From Alloascoidea hylecoeti (taxonomy: Eukaryota), in the NCBI GenBank assembly GCA_001600815.1, contig BCKZ01000020.1:212831-276830 (forward strand): a stretch of 64,000 nucleotides of DNA, written 5' to 3'. Under the pieces are notes generated by a model, which made no database searches, was not told the DNA's origin, and worked only from the letters and a program-made list of their open reading frames with translations. Below are positions 51,083 to 61,194 of the stretch, piece by piece. Both the position numbers and the translations under genes were made by a program. Numbering within the stretch: the stretch's first letter is position 1; every line of letters begins with the position of its first letter.

Positions 51083-52894
51083 ATGACCATTGAACTTGCT
51101 GCTAATAAGTCAAAAAAAATAGATCTCGGCATCTATCTCTTTACCCGTATTAAACAATTAGGTATAACATCCATTTTTGGTGTTCCTGGTGATTTTAACC
51201 TTCAATTACTTGACTATGTATATAAAGTACCTGATTTGAAATGGGTCGGTTGTTGTAATGAATTGAATGCTGCTTATGCTGCTGATGGCTTCGGCAGAAT
51301 AACAGGTCTTCCTGGCATTTTGATCACAACTTATGGGGTTGGTGAAACCTCTGCACTGAACGGAATTGCAGGTGCATATGCCGAACAGTCGCCAATTTTG
51401 CATATTGTGGGTATGACTGCAAGACCCTTCCAGGACAAAAAGGTACTAATTCATCATGTCATACCTTCTATAGGTAGAGGATTGCCTGATCACAGTGCCT
51501 ATATTGACATGTCTGAAAAGATTCGTGTAGCTCATGGTTTAATATGGGACGAGGAAAATGCCCCTGACATTATTGATGATGTGATCGTCAAAACATGGCA
51601 ACAATCGAGACCTGGTTATATTCATATACCAATTGATATGGCAAATGCTCAAGTCGATGCTTCAAATTTAGATACACCATTAAAGCTCGAAATCAAAAAT
51701 AACGATATTAAATTAGAAGATGAAATTGTTGATTCAATTTTAAATGAAATTAAATGTTCTAAAAATCCTGTTATTTTGGCGGATACTTTAGCTGAAAGAC
51801 ATCGCGCTAAAGATCTTGTAAGAAAATTGGTTTCAATCACAAAATTTCATTCTTACACAACACTATTGGGTAAAGGAATCATTGATGAAACTGATCCAAA
51901 TTATATTGGTACTTATATTGGTAACCTATCATTAGATGGTATTGTTAAAGACATTGAAGTAGATTCAGATCTAGTCATCGATATCGGATCATTACCCTCA
52001 GATTCAAATACTGGAGCATTTTCTAGATCAATCCCAGAAAATAAATTGATCTCTTTACATCCTCATTATGTTTCAATTAGAGATAAATATTATGATGGCG
52101 TTCATTTCTATCCAATTTTAAAAAAGATTATTGATAAGCTTACTGTACAAGTCAATAGTAATGATATTTTATCAACATTACCAATTCCTTCTTTGCCAAT
52201 ACCAAAAGTTGGTCAGATTCCAATTGTTAAATCAAAAGCGGATATTTCCCATACTTTTCTTCATAAAGTTATATCAGATTATTTACAACCAAATGATACG
52301 ATTTTAACAGAAACTGGCACCATTCAATTTGCATTACCAGATTTAAAATTCAAAGAAAATACAAACTCAATTACTCAAATATTCTTTTCATGTATTGGGT
52401 TTACATTGCCAGCAACTTTGGGAGCTTTAGTTGCAAATCATGACTTCAATTTACCTGGTAGAGTCATATTGATTGAAGGAGATGGATCAGCCCAAATGAC
52501 AATTCAAGAATTGGGTACAATGGTAAAATTAGGCTTAACACCAACTATTTTCTTACTAAATAATGAAGGTTATACAATTGAAAGAGCTATTTGGGGACCA
52601 AATCAACAATATAATGATATTTGTCCAAATTGGAATTGGACGGAATTATTGAAAGTTTTTGGTGGTCGTGAGGAGGATATTTTTTCAACTACAGTAAAAA
52701 CAGAACAAGAATTACAAGATTTATGTAATGATGAAGAATTTAAAGCAAGTAAAAAAATCCAATTAGTTGAAGTTATTTTGGATATTATGGATATTCCATG
52801 GAGATTAAGTCAAGCTGTTGAAGGAGGTAAGAAGAATATGGCCAATACTTTGAAGAGTTATGCTGAAAAGAGAGCACAACTCAAAAATAAATAA
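51083..52894 (+). CDS. ARO10: TPP-dependent 2-oxo-acid decarboxylase, Aro10-like (PDC family)
   Basis: GVPGDFNL, CNELNAAYAADG, TTYGVGE.SALNG and the GDGSAQMT...NNEGYTIER TPP motif. The extended HH-IP...DH loop is more Aro10-like than Pdc1-like. Confidence 0.8.
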   Translation: MTIELAANKSKKIDLGIYLFTRIKQLGITSIFGVPGDFNLQLLDYVYKVPDLKWVGCCNELNAAYAADGFGRITGLPGILITTYGVGETSALNGIAGAYAEQSPILHIVGMTARPFQDKKVLIHHVIPSIGRGLPDHSAYIDMSEKIRVAHGLIWDEENAPDIIDDVIVKTWQQSRPGYIHIPIDMANAQVDASNLDTPLKLEIKNNDIKLEDEIVDSILNEIKCSKNPVILADTLAERHRAKDLVRKLVSITKFHSYTTLLGKGIIDETDPNYIGTYIGNLSLDGIVKDIEVDSDLVIDIGSLPSDSNTGAFSRSIPENKLISLHPHYVSIRDKYYDGVHFYPILKKIIDKLTVQVNSNDILSTLPIPSLPIPKVGQIPIVKSKADISHTFLHKVISDYLQPNDTILTETGTIQFALPDLKFKENTNSITQIFFSCIGFTLPATLGALVANHDFNLPGRVILIEGDGSAQMTIQELGTMVKLGLTPTIFLLNNEGYTIERAIWGPNQQYNDICPNWNWTELLKVFGGREEDIFSTTVKTEQELQDLCNDEEFKASKKIQLVEVILDIMDIPWRLSQAVEGGKKNMANTLKSYAEKRAQLKNK

Positions 52895-53143
52895 ATATTT
52901 AAACAAATAGATAAATAAATGTGTCTTATGGAAAATATAGAGAATATACTTTTGAAAATTGAGTTTCCTAATCAGGGAGGGGCATGCATGGAGACGTTAT
53001 ATATATATACGTAAAATTACCCGGCTTCTGTAAATCCTCACCTCCTAGCTTGCTTCAAGATTATTGTAGTTTGTTATCTCCAACAGTTGGCTCTATATAT
53101 TGATATTTCCTGCGTATTTTATCCTACTGGTTATCTTGGAAGG

Positions 53144-55411
53144 ATGTCCGATCTCAATGTTGCTTCTCCTGTTGATCAGGCAATTGCAGATAGTACAACT
53201 GTCTCTGAACGCGATAACGCGGACGCGAGTCCACAGCAAGAAAAAACAACACAAAGCGTGACAAATGGAAAATTCACTTCTGACACTTTATCTGTTACCA
53301 ATAACGACACAAGTGATATCCCTTCGATAAACGGAAATGACAATACCAATGGGAATGGTAATGATGGCCTTGACCTCGTTGACCCTTTAAAACGCGTCCG
53401 TCCCAAAGAAGAGGGGGACATTCAACAAGAAGTCGACACAGTCCCTGGACCCAAAAGAATTAAGTTAGCTGAAAAGGATTATGTATCCATTGATAATAAA
53501 AATGGATTTGATATTAACACACCACCTGTTTCTGGTGATGGTCTAGAAGATGTTAATGCTGATAAGGTCGAAGCTAGTGAACCGTCAACAACGGGCATAA
53601 ATGAAAATTCAACTAAACAAGATCAAACATCAAATGAGGCTAATATTTTCGACAATCCAGATTCAATTAATAATTCAACTCCATCAAATGATGATAAAAA
53701 ACTGAACGATTCGGTATTGGAACCAAAGGAAAACCCAACTGAGCAGCTACCGAGACATCAACAACGCTCAATTGTTCAAACGATTAAAGCAGTTAAACGA
53801 CTTAAAGATGCTGGTCCATTTGTCCATCCTGTTGATATTGTTAAATTAAACATTCCTTTATATCCAACTATTGTCACAAACCCAATTGATTTAACAACAA
53901 TGGAGAAAAAAGCACAAGACAATGAATATTTCTCTCCTGATGAAGTAATATCTGATTTTCAACTTCTTGTTGATAATTGCATTAAATTTAATGGAGTTGA
54001 ATCGCAAATTTCTACAATGGCTAGGAACATTCAAGCCAATTTTGAAAGACATATGGCTCAAATACCTCCGAGAGAATTACCTCCACCTCCAATTAAAACC
54101 AAACAAAAAGCAATTTCTCCGCTTTCAAATGGTCTTATAAGAAGAAGTGCTAGAACATTAACTGACTCGACAATAATAACAGTACCAGTATCATCGCCAA
54201 CTTCAAAAGGCGCCGATCCAAGTTCAATGTCGCATTCACAATCAAATTCTATTTCAAAAACTCCAAAAGTAAAATCAGAAAGACCGAAACGTGAAATTCA
54301 TCCTCCAAAAAGAGATTTAACATATTCAAAACCAAGACCAAGAAATTCGAAACTTGTTGCTGAGTTAAAATACTGTAATATTATTATAAAAGAACTAACT
54401 TCAAAAAAACATGATAGTTATTCTTTTCCATTTTTAGTCCCTGTTGATCCCGTTGCTGCTGAAGCTCCAAATTATTTTGATGTTATTAAACATCCAATGG
54501 ATTTGGGTACAATTAATAATAAATTAACGAATGGTGAATATAATACAGCAGAAGAATTTGAAGATGATGTTCGCCTAGTTTTTACAAATTGTTATGCTTT
54601 TAATCCTGAAGGTACACCTGTTAATGAAATGGGTAAGAAACTAGAAGCTGTTTTTAATAAAAAATTAACTGAGAAACCTGTTTTTCAAGACCGAAAAACT
54701 CCTACTATTGAATACGAAGAAGGAGGTGAAGTAGACGGAGACAGTGAAACTGAAGACTCTGAAGATGAAACATATGAAACAGTGACGAATCCCGCTATTG
54801 AATTTTTAGAGAAACAATTGATTCGAATGAAGAGTGATTTACTTCAATTAAAGAAAAAACAATATGAACAAGACAAAAAATTAAGAAGAAAATTACATGA
54901 TAAGAAAAGAAACTCGGTTGCTAATGGTAGAAGAAAATCATCAAAGGTAAATAGTGTTGAAATTCATATTACTTATAAGATGAAAGAAGAAATATCTGAA
55001 AAAATTCAAGAAGTTTCAGAAGACAAAATGGAAAGATGTATTAATATCATTAGACAAAGTTTACCTGATTTAGATCCATCTGAAGAAATTGAATTAGATT
55101 TTGATTCATTAGATGATCGGACAATTATGAAATTATATAAATTTTTAAAATGTGGTGATACTAAAGTACCAAAAGGTCCTCGAAAATCAGTAGCTGATAA
55201 TGATAATAAAGGAAAGAGAAAAAGCAAAGCACTTACAGAAGCTGAACAAAATAGTCAAATTAAACAACTCCAACAACAAATTAAAGCTTTTGATACAGCA
55301 GCTGGTACAGGTGCTAATTCCAATAATCCAGAGAAATCTGATGGAGATGAGAATGGAAATGATGATAGTGATGATGATGATGGTGATGAATCTAGTTCAG
55401 AAGAAGAGTAA
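53144..55411 (+). CDS. BDF1: BET-family double-bromodomain protein with ET domain
   Basis: BD1 (DAGPFVHPVDIVKLNIPLY..NCIKFNG), RPKREIHPP, BD2 (FPFLVPVDPV..NYFDVIKHPMDL..NCYAFNP), ET domain (EEIELDFDSL) and an acidic SSSEEE tail; first ATG at 53144. Confidence 0.95.
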   Translation: MSDLNVASPVDQAIADSTTVSERDNADASPQQEKTTQSVTNGKFTSDTLSVTNNDTSDIPSINGNDNTNGNGNDGLDLVDPLKRVRPKEEGDIQQEVDTVPGPKRIKLAEKDYVSIDNKNGFDINTPPVSGDGLEDVNADKVEASEPSTTGINENSTKQDQTSNEANIFDNPDSINNSTPSNDDKKLNDSVLEPKENPTEQLPRHQQRSIVQTIKAVKRLKDAGPFVHPVDIVKLNIPLYPTIVTNPIDLTTMEKKAQDNEYFSPDEVISDFQLLVDNCIKFNGVESQISTMARNIQANFERHMAQIPPRELPPPPIKTKQKAISPLSNGLIRRSARTLTDSTIITVPVSSPTSKGADPSSMSHSQSNSISKTPKVKSERPKREIHPPKRDLTYSKPRPRNSKLVAELKYCNIIIKELTSKKHDSYSFPFLVPVDPVAAEAPNYFDVIKHPMDLGTINNKLTNGEYNTAEEFEDDVRLVFTNCYAFNPEGTPVNEMGKKLEAVFNKKLTEKPVFQDRKTPTIEYEEGGEVDGDSETEDSEDETYETVTNPAIEFLEKQLIRMKSDLLQLKKKQYEQDKKLRRKLHDKKRNSVANGRRKSSKVNSVEIHITYKMKEEISEKIQEVSEDKMERCINIIRQSLPDLDPSEEIELDFDSLDDRTIMKLYKFLKCGDTKVPKGPRKSVADNDNKGKRKSKALTEAEQNSQIKQLQQQIKAFDTAAGTGANSNNPEKSDGDENGNDDSDDDDGDESSSEEE

Positions 55412-55898
55412 GACATTTGGAGGAAGTTGTTGATTGATTTGTGTTTGTTTGGAAAAACATGTACTCTATATGGTTCATTGATTGTGTTATAGATAAGAAG
55501 AAAAGACAGTTGTATACTTATCCTAAATTACTTGTTTTATTACTTTTTTTTGCTTTCTATTAAATTTAATTTTATTTATATTTATATCAGTTACAGTTCG
55601 TGTATAGGTTAGTATATATTAAATAATTACAATCAATATAATTGTTTTTTTATTATATACTGCAAAACAAACAAGCTATCCCTTGCAGTTAAGCGCAGTT
55701 TGGCTAAATTAATTTACAAGGTTCACATTGTAAGAGAGCTTAGTACATTTGGAGTAGGGAACTCCCCATTGCGGCTGAGAACCAAATGAGGCATATTAGA
55801 TGTTGAGAGTTATTCATTTCTAGTGTGAATAAATTCCCGATTCTTTTGCTTGAGTAGTTCTATTAACAATTATATATATTTAAATTTAATAGTGAGGT

Positions 55899-57275
55899 TC
55901 AATTGTTACTAAATGTAACATTCCAATCCCAATAAAAGGTTAAGTTAGTTGGTGTTCCATTATCAAGACCACATGCTTCGGCATAAGTAGTATCAACTCT
56001 TTCCTCCATATAACTAAGATAACTATCCAAAGGACACGAAAATCCAGGTCCAGTTGTACAATTTTTCAAAGGTATAACCGCATCGTTAAGATTAAATCTG
56101 ACATATGTTCCATTAGCTCCTGTTATTGAATCACTACATGATAATCTTTCAACTAACAATCGTGTACCCATTGGAACCATTTCACTTGATTTATAAGCAT
56201 TATCAACTAAAAATTGATTGGTTGGTAAATCTTCTGAAGGTGTAAATAATCCAATTGCGGAAAACATGAAAAAAAGATCAAGATCGTGCAAAAAATTTAA
56301 AAACAACCTTCCTGAACTTGGGCCTGCTTTTAAAAAATATGAGATGGCATTAGTAACTGGGGTTGCCATAATCTTTCCTAAACTATGTCCAATACCGAAA
56401 CTATAATAATCAGTTATGCTATTAGAATAATCATAAGATACCCAATCATCGGGTTTTAATAATCCACAGAAATCAGAAAACCCTTTCGCATTTAATTCAA
56501 AAGTACAAGCAGCAAATAAATAAGGAACATCAGAGGCAGTTAGATTAGCAGAAGGTGATGCCTTATTCAATCTAACTGCAATCTTTCTTAGGTAAGTGTC
56601 AGGAGTAGAATCAATAATTGATTTTTTTTCAGAAGCATTATAATTTGTACAACTAATTCTTGGTGTTAATGTATTAGCTCCAACTTCAACTGTTTCTGGT
56701 ATAACTTGAATTGAAGCTAAACTTGAATAATTTCTCGCAAAAAAACCTTTAGCAAAATGTTGTGCAGTTTCAATAACTCTGAAATAATCTCCAGCGAAAA
56801 CTGGTAAAACTGATTCTCCATCCCATAAGGAACCATATTTATTTCTAAATTCAACTCCATATTGAAACAAATTAGATAGACCCGAGTAAGGACCAGTTGT
56901 GGTTTCAGTTTCTAATAATGATTCATCTGTGATCCAAAACTCATAACCGTTTAAAAATTCCAATACACCGGTCTGTTTGTTTTCTTTTAATTTATTGATA
57001 ACTTTTTTAATGTTTTGGCCAATCTCCATTTGGGGATATCTTTCACCATGTCGATTATAAAGAAATACCTGATCGACAACACATTCATCTGGAGTTTCAG
57101 GACTAATTCCATACCCATGAAACGGAACCCATGGTCCACTTTGTGCAGAATATCTCAAGATATTATATTGCTCATCTCCAGTTTGTGGATACTGCTTATC
57201 AAATGATAGTCCTGAGACTATATTAGGAGCTAAAAAAAGCGTGAGTATAAATGCAGAGAAACTAATTAATCCCAT
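55899..57275 (-). CDS. Secreted histidine acid phosphatase/phytase (Pho5/Pho3-like)
   Basis: Signal peptide; catalytic RHGERYP and HD (FLHD) motifs; GPGFSCPL and LTFYWDW C-terminus. Confidence 0.93.
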   Translation of the reverse strand: MGLISFSAFILTLFLAPNIVSGLSFDKQYPQTGDEQYNILRYSAQSGPWVPFHGYGISPETPDECVVDQVFLYNRHGERYPQMEIGQNIKKVINKLKENKQTGVLEFLNGYEFWITDESLLETETTTGPYSGLSNLFQYGVEFRNKYGSLWDGESVLPVFAGDYFRVIETAQHFAKGFFARNYSSLASIQVIPETVEVGANTLTPRISCTNYNASEKKSIIDSTPDTYLRKIAVRLNKASPSANLTASDVPYLFAACTFELNAKGFSDFCGLLKPDDWVSYDYSNSITDYYSFGIGHSLGKIMATPVTNAISYFLKAGPSSGRLFLNFLHDLDLFFMFSAIGLFTPSEDLPTNQFLVDNAYKSSEMVPMGTRLLVERLSCSDSITGANGTYVRFNLNDAVIPLKNCTTGPGFSCPLDSYLSYMEERVDTTYAEACGLDNGTPTNLTFYWDWNVTFSNN

Positions 57276-59671
57276 GGTATTGATATTGAGTGTAGAATGC
57301 TATAAATTGAACCTGTAAAGGAGGAAGTTCCCAATGTTTTATACTCCATTTCTCGAGATATATGGTAATTAATATTATTTGAATAAACTAAAAGAAGTTC
57401 AAATTAATGTGGGGATAGCTTTTGGTGATAGCGCACAACAATATTTGTTTAATATAAATTTAGATATTTCTTATTAAATAGTATGGATTTTAGATCATTT
57501 GTTGCTTCCCAGATGCCCATAAATTTTTGATTTTTATATGCACTGATCAGGATTAATATGATGAACGAAATAAAATAAAAATATTTCACGGTTAATACGG
57601 TTATAGCTTATAGGTCTTTACAGTTTCTTTAGACTATATCAATCCCGCAGAAAGGAAGTCCTCTTCATTCAGCAAGCCGATCCCTAAGAATTCAGATTAA
57701 GCTACTTGATTCGCTAAATTTTTGATTCAGACAAGGTGTTGAAATGCATCATGTTAAACAACTCTATAAAGATAGAAAGAAACCTACATGTTTAAGACAA
57801 TTGACGGCCTAGCTAATTATTTACTTTACTACTTAGAGAGCTATCTGCAGTGAAAGTTGCTCATACGGTTCGCTTAACTTCTCTATTCATTGTCAGTTGA
57901 CACCTCCTCAATCATGGTGCATAATCGATCCTACCTCCTCATTAGTTTTATTATTAATATCAAAATTCCAAGAAAGTGGAGCAGGGACAGGCCGAGATTA
58001 ACCAACCATTAAATTATTGAAAATTTGGAGTGTAAGTATATTAATACTCCATTTAGGCTTCTGTTCTTTCGATCAAATAATAAACACCGCGAGTATAAAA
58101 GTTTCTCCGGCTGCCGTTAGTTTATAGATGGTTATTAGAGTTAAAATGAGGTTTACAATTGTGAAGTATACATGATAATTATGAGCCTTTCAGGCAAAAA
58201 TGATAATAGCTTCGTAATTGCAATTATTTTTTGGTGTTATTGAATATTGTATCAACTATTTCTTCTTATGCACAGATGAGGCTCGAACGGAGGTTAACAT
58301 TGCTTCTTCGCACTACCAACTAAATTTCAAAATGTCATCATGTTAATAGAATTAAATATATTTTGTAAGGTTTATAGAGAGAAACCAAGTTGGAGTTTTT
58401 ATTAGAGGGGAAATATGGACCTATACACAAACGAATAACTATGCATATGCATATGTAAGAAAAGGACTACTATAAGCAGTTTGGGGTTATGCATGTGTAC
58501 GGCTGGATCACATAGGCACCGGATAACAATAATGCTATAAAAAGGTATTGAAGACGATTCGAAATCTTAAAGTCACTTTTGATCTGAAGGTGAAAAATGA
58601 AAAAATGAAGTGAAAGAAGATGATTAATTATTAAGCCGGGATGTGTATATTTTATTAAGTAACGATCGGGGAAAACTCTAATTTATGTACATCTTTCCCT
58701 GACACCCCTCCAAAAAAAAAGATTTTTTAAATAATACAGTAGAATGGCTTTTAGAATTTCGTTGAGTGAAATCTCACGTAATTCTAAATTTTCAAAAAGT
58801 ATTTGGAACTAGCTAAGCCAGTTAAAATTCGCTATATGACTGAGAACAGTTTCTCAATGCGAAAATAACCAAGCTTAATAATGCACCTTTTTAATTACAT
58901 GGTTCGTACCGTGAATAAAAATAGCAACAACTCCTCTGGTGTAACCTTCTCGAAAAATAAAGCCGGCAGAAATTTCTGGGTAGCATTGAAACAAAGTCTG
59001 GGGGCTGTGAAAACCTCCATATTGAATACTTTTGAGGAGCAGACTTCAAAATTCAACATTGGAATATTAATATCGATATCAAAGACGGCCTAAGAAGTTA
59101 GTAAGAACCCCTCTGTAAAACCATAAATATGGAATATTTTCGGCATGCAAATGATCTGATATAAATGAGAAGAACGAAATGAATTAATTATATTGTCTAA
59201 GGTTGGAGTGGTCTTATCACATTTTGGATGGTGTCGTATTTAGTGACGAATGTTAAGTCGTTACAGGATAGTCACACCAAAATTATAGCTATAGTATAGA
59301 GAAGCACGAGCTCGAATCTATGATTCTTATAGTACGGGCAAAAATTTGGAAAAGATGCCGTGTTTCACTGTATATAGGGTGGTTGAGGCTCCTAATAGCA
59401 GAAAAAAGGAGTTCCTACATAGAACTTTTGTAAGATATATATATTTGATTAGATATTGATGAGGGGCAGCCGTCTATGGCGTTAAGGGGGCCAACTTTAA
59501 AGATTCGGTTCAAATTTTCATTTTAGGTAAACTACAGTACTTTAATCTCTAGTATCTACGAAACATTATGAACTACTTTAAAAACAGTTTGAGGCACCGT
59601 AGAGTATTTAGTGACTGGTCATAATATTCTTTTTGGAGGTGGTCTAGAAAAGGATATGGGTAAATTAGAGA

Positions 59672-60510
59672 TTTTTATTTTTTACCTTTCATATATTTTC
59701 AATTAAATTATATATATAATAAAAACCTCTTTATCCATTTTTCTTATTATTTTTGTATATTTTTGACATATATCATTCTTCTCTTTTTATGTTTCTTTAC
59801 CTAGACCACCTTAAAAGTAAATATATTTTAATTTTTTTTATTTTTATTATTATTTTTTTTTTTTTTAACTTTTCATATATTTTCCAATTAAATTATATAA
59901 CTAGAAACTATGTAAATTCTGAGGAAATCTCTACTATATATAGTGAAATAAAAACCTCTCTTTCTATTCTTCTTATTTTTGTGTATTCTTGACACTCTTC
60001 TTTCTTCCCTTCTTATGTAGCTAGACCACCTATAAAGTAAAATTTTTTTTTCTTTTTTTTTAGATATATTTGGTTGAGCAATCTTCAAATAGATGCAATA
60101 TGTCGTCTTTACCTTGTTGACATACACTACAAATATCAATTTTTTTCCACCATTGTTTTGCTTTTTTGTTTGGATGTAGCATATGAGTAACGTATCCCAA
60201 GCTGAGCAAATGTATCTATTGTGTCTCCTCAGGGTGTTCCTTATATGTTTCTTTGATAAATCCCCACCATTTCTTCCAATTTTCATTTTTTAGTTCCGGA
60301 ATTAACTGCATCCATTTGTTTGGTTTCAATATAATTTTGTTTTTATTGTACCACTTTTGGCTTATTGATTTAATCGAGTATTTGGATATGTTTTCTTCTT
60401 CCATGTTTTTTATTCTTTTTCGATATCTTCTCCTGCTGGGTTTTCCACCAGTTTTTGTAACGCTTCATTTGTCAATTTTGGTACCCTTACAGTAGTTTTT
60501 CGCTGACTGC
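59672..60510 (-). mobile_element. Decayed, 5'-truncated L1/Tx1-type non-LTR retrotransposon relic (ORF2 C-terminus plus repeated A-tailed modules)
   Basis: One frame 60404-60060 reads ...NWKKWWGFIK..ETQ*IHLLSLGY..WWKKIDICSVCQQGKDDILHLFEDCSTKYI*, containing a CX2CX8HX4C finger and one premature stop. It is followed by an A-tract and two related modules that each end in an A-rich tail. Boundaries are approximate. Confidence 0.7.
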
Positions 60511-60564
60511 ACAAAATACATGGTGTTCTTCATCACGTGAATCATTTTCCTCCGTTATATGTTC

Positions 60565-60636
60565 GGCCGTGTGGTCTAGTGGTATGATACTCGCTTTGGG
60601 TGCGAGTGGCCCTGGGTTCAATTCCCAGCTCGGCCC
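60565..60636 (+). tRNA. tRNA-Pro(TGG), intronless
   Basis: 72-nt cloverleaf GGCCGTGTGGTCTAGTGG...CTCGC TT TGG GT GCGAG...GGTTCAATTCCC..CGGCCC followed by an oligo-T terminator. Confidence 0.97.
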
Positions 60637-61120
60637 GATTCTTTTTTTAACCTTGAAAAGGTTTCTCCCACCATAATTTAGCCAAACGGCGCTTAGCTGT
60701 AAGATGACTTGCTTCAGACTGCCATAAATGTATGAGTCTGTCTGACTGTAACGTAATTTTTTCTTTCTTTCTTTCTAGGTTTCAACTTTTTTCATCACTA
60801 CCAGTAGCCGTCTTCTTCTTAAGGGACCACCCAATAATATCGTGGGACTATAAAACAAATAGTGGTTAATATGATTGCTACTTGCGCCCATAAAACTAAT
60901 TAACCCCAGCCACAGGCATTCCTTGGTTCTATTATATAATACATGTACATAATTACATAATCTAATTTTATTTGTTTCGTCTTTAAAAAAAAAGTTTCGG
61001 CTTCGGATCGATGCAAAAGGTCCAACTGTGCCACGGGGGGCCCTGATTGGTTGGTTTGTGAGACATAAATAATAATTTTTTTTCAAGCCATTAAGGCTCT
61101 ATAATAAAAACAAAAAACTA

Positions 61121-61194
61121 TGGTCTCTAGCAGGATCGAACTGCTGATCCCCGCGTTATTAGCACGGTGCCTTAACCAACTGGGCCAAGAGACC
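61121..61194 (-). tRNA. tRNA-Ile(AAT)
   Basis: Reverse complement is GGTCTCTTGGCCCAGTTGGTTAAGGCACCGTGCTAATAACGCGGGGATCAGCAGTTCGATCCTGCTAGAGACCA (74 nt), followed by a T-run. Confidence 0.97.

Noticed and set aside
1267..57275. Permease, cellulase, OPT, decarboxylase and phosphatase as a nutrient gene cluster
   Set aside because: They are interspersed with core housekeeping genes and share no pathway or evident common motif.
59753..60495. Hydrophobic short ORFs 59753-59992 (+), 60253-60495 (+) and 59888-60286 (-)
   Set aside because: Wrong-frame or antisense readings of the A-rich retroelement relic.
60637..61120. Possible solo LTR between the two tRNA genes
   Set aside because: No clear TG...CA termini, terminal inverted repeats or target-site duplication.
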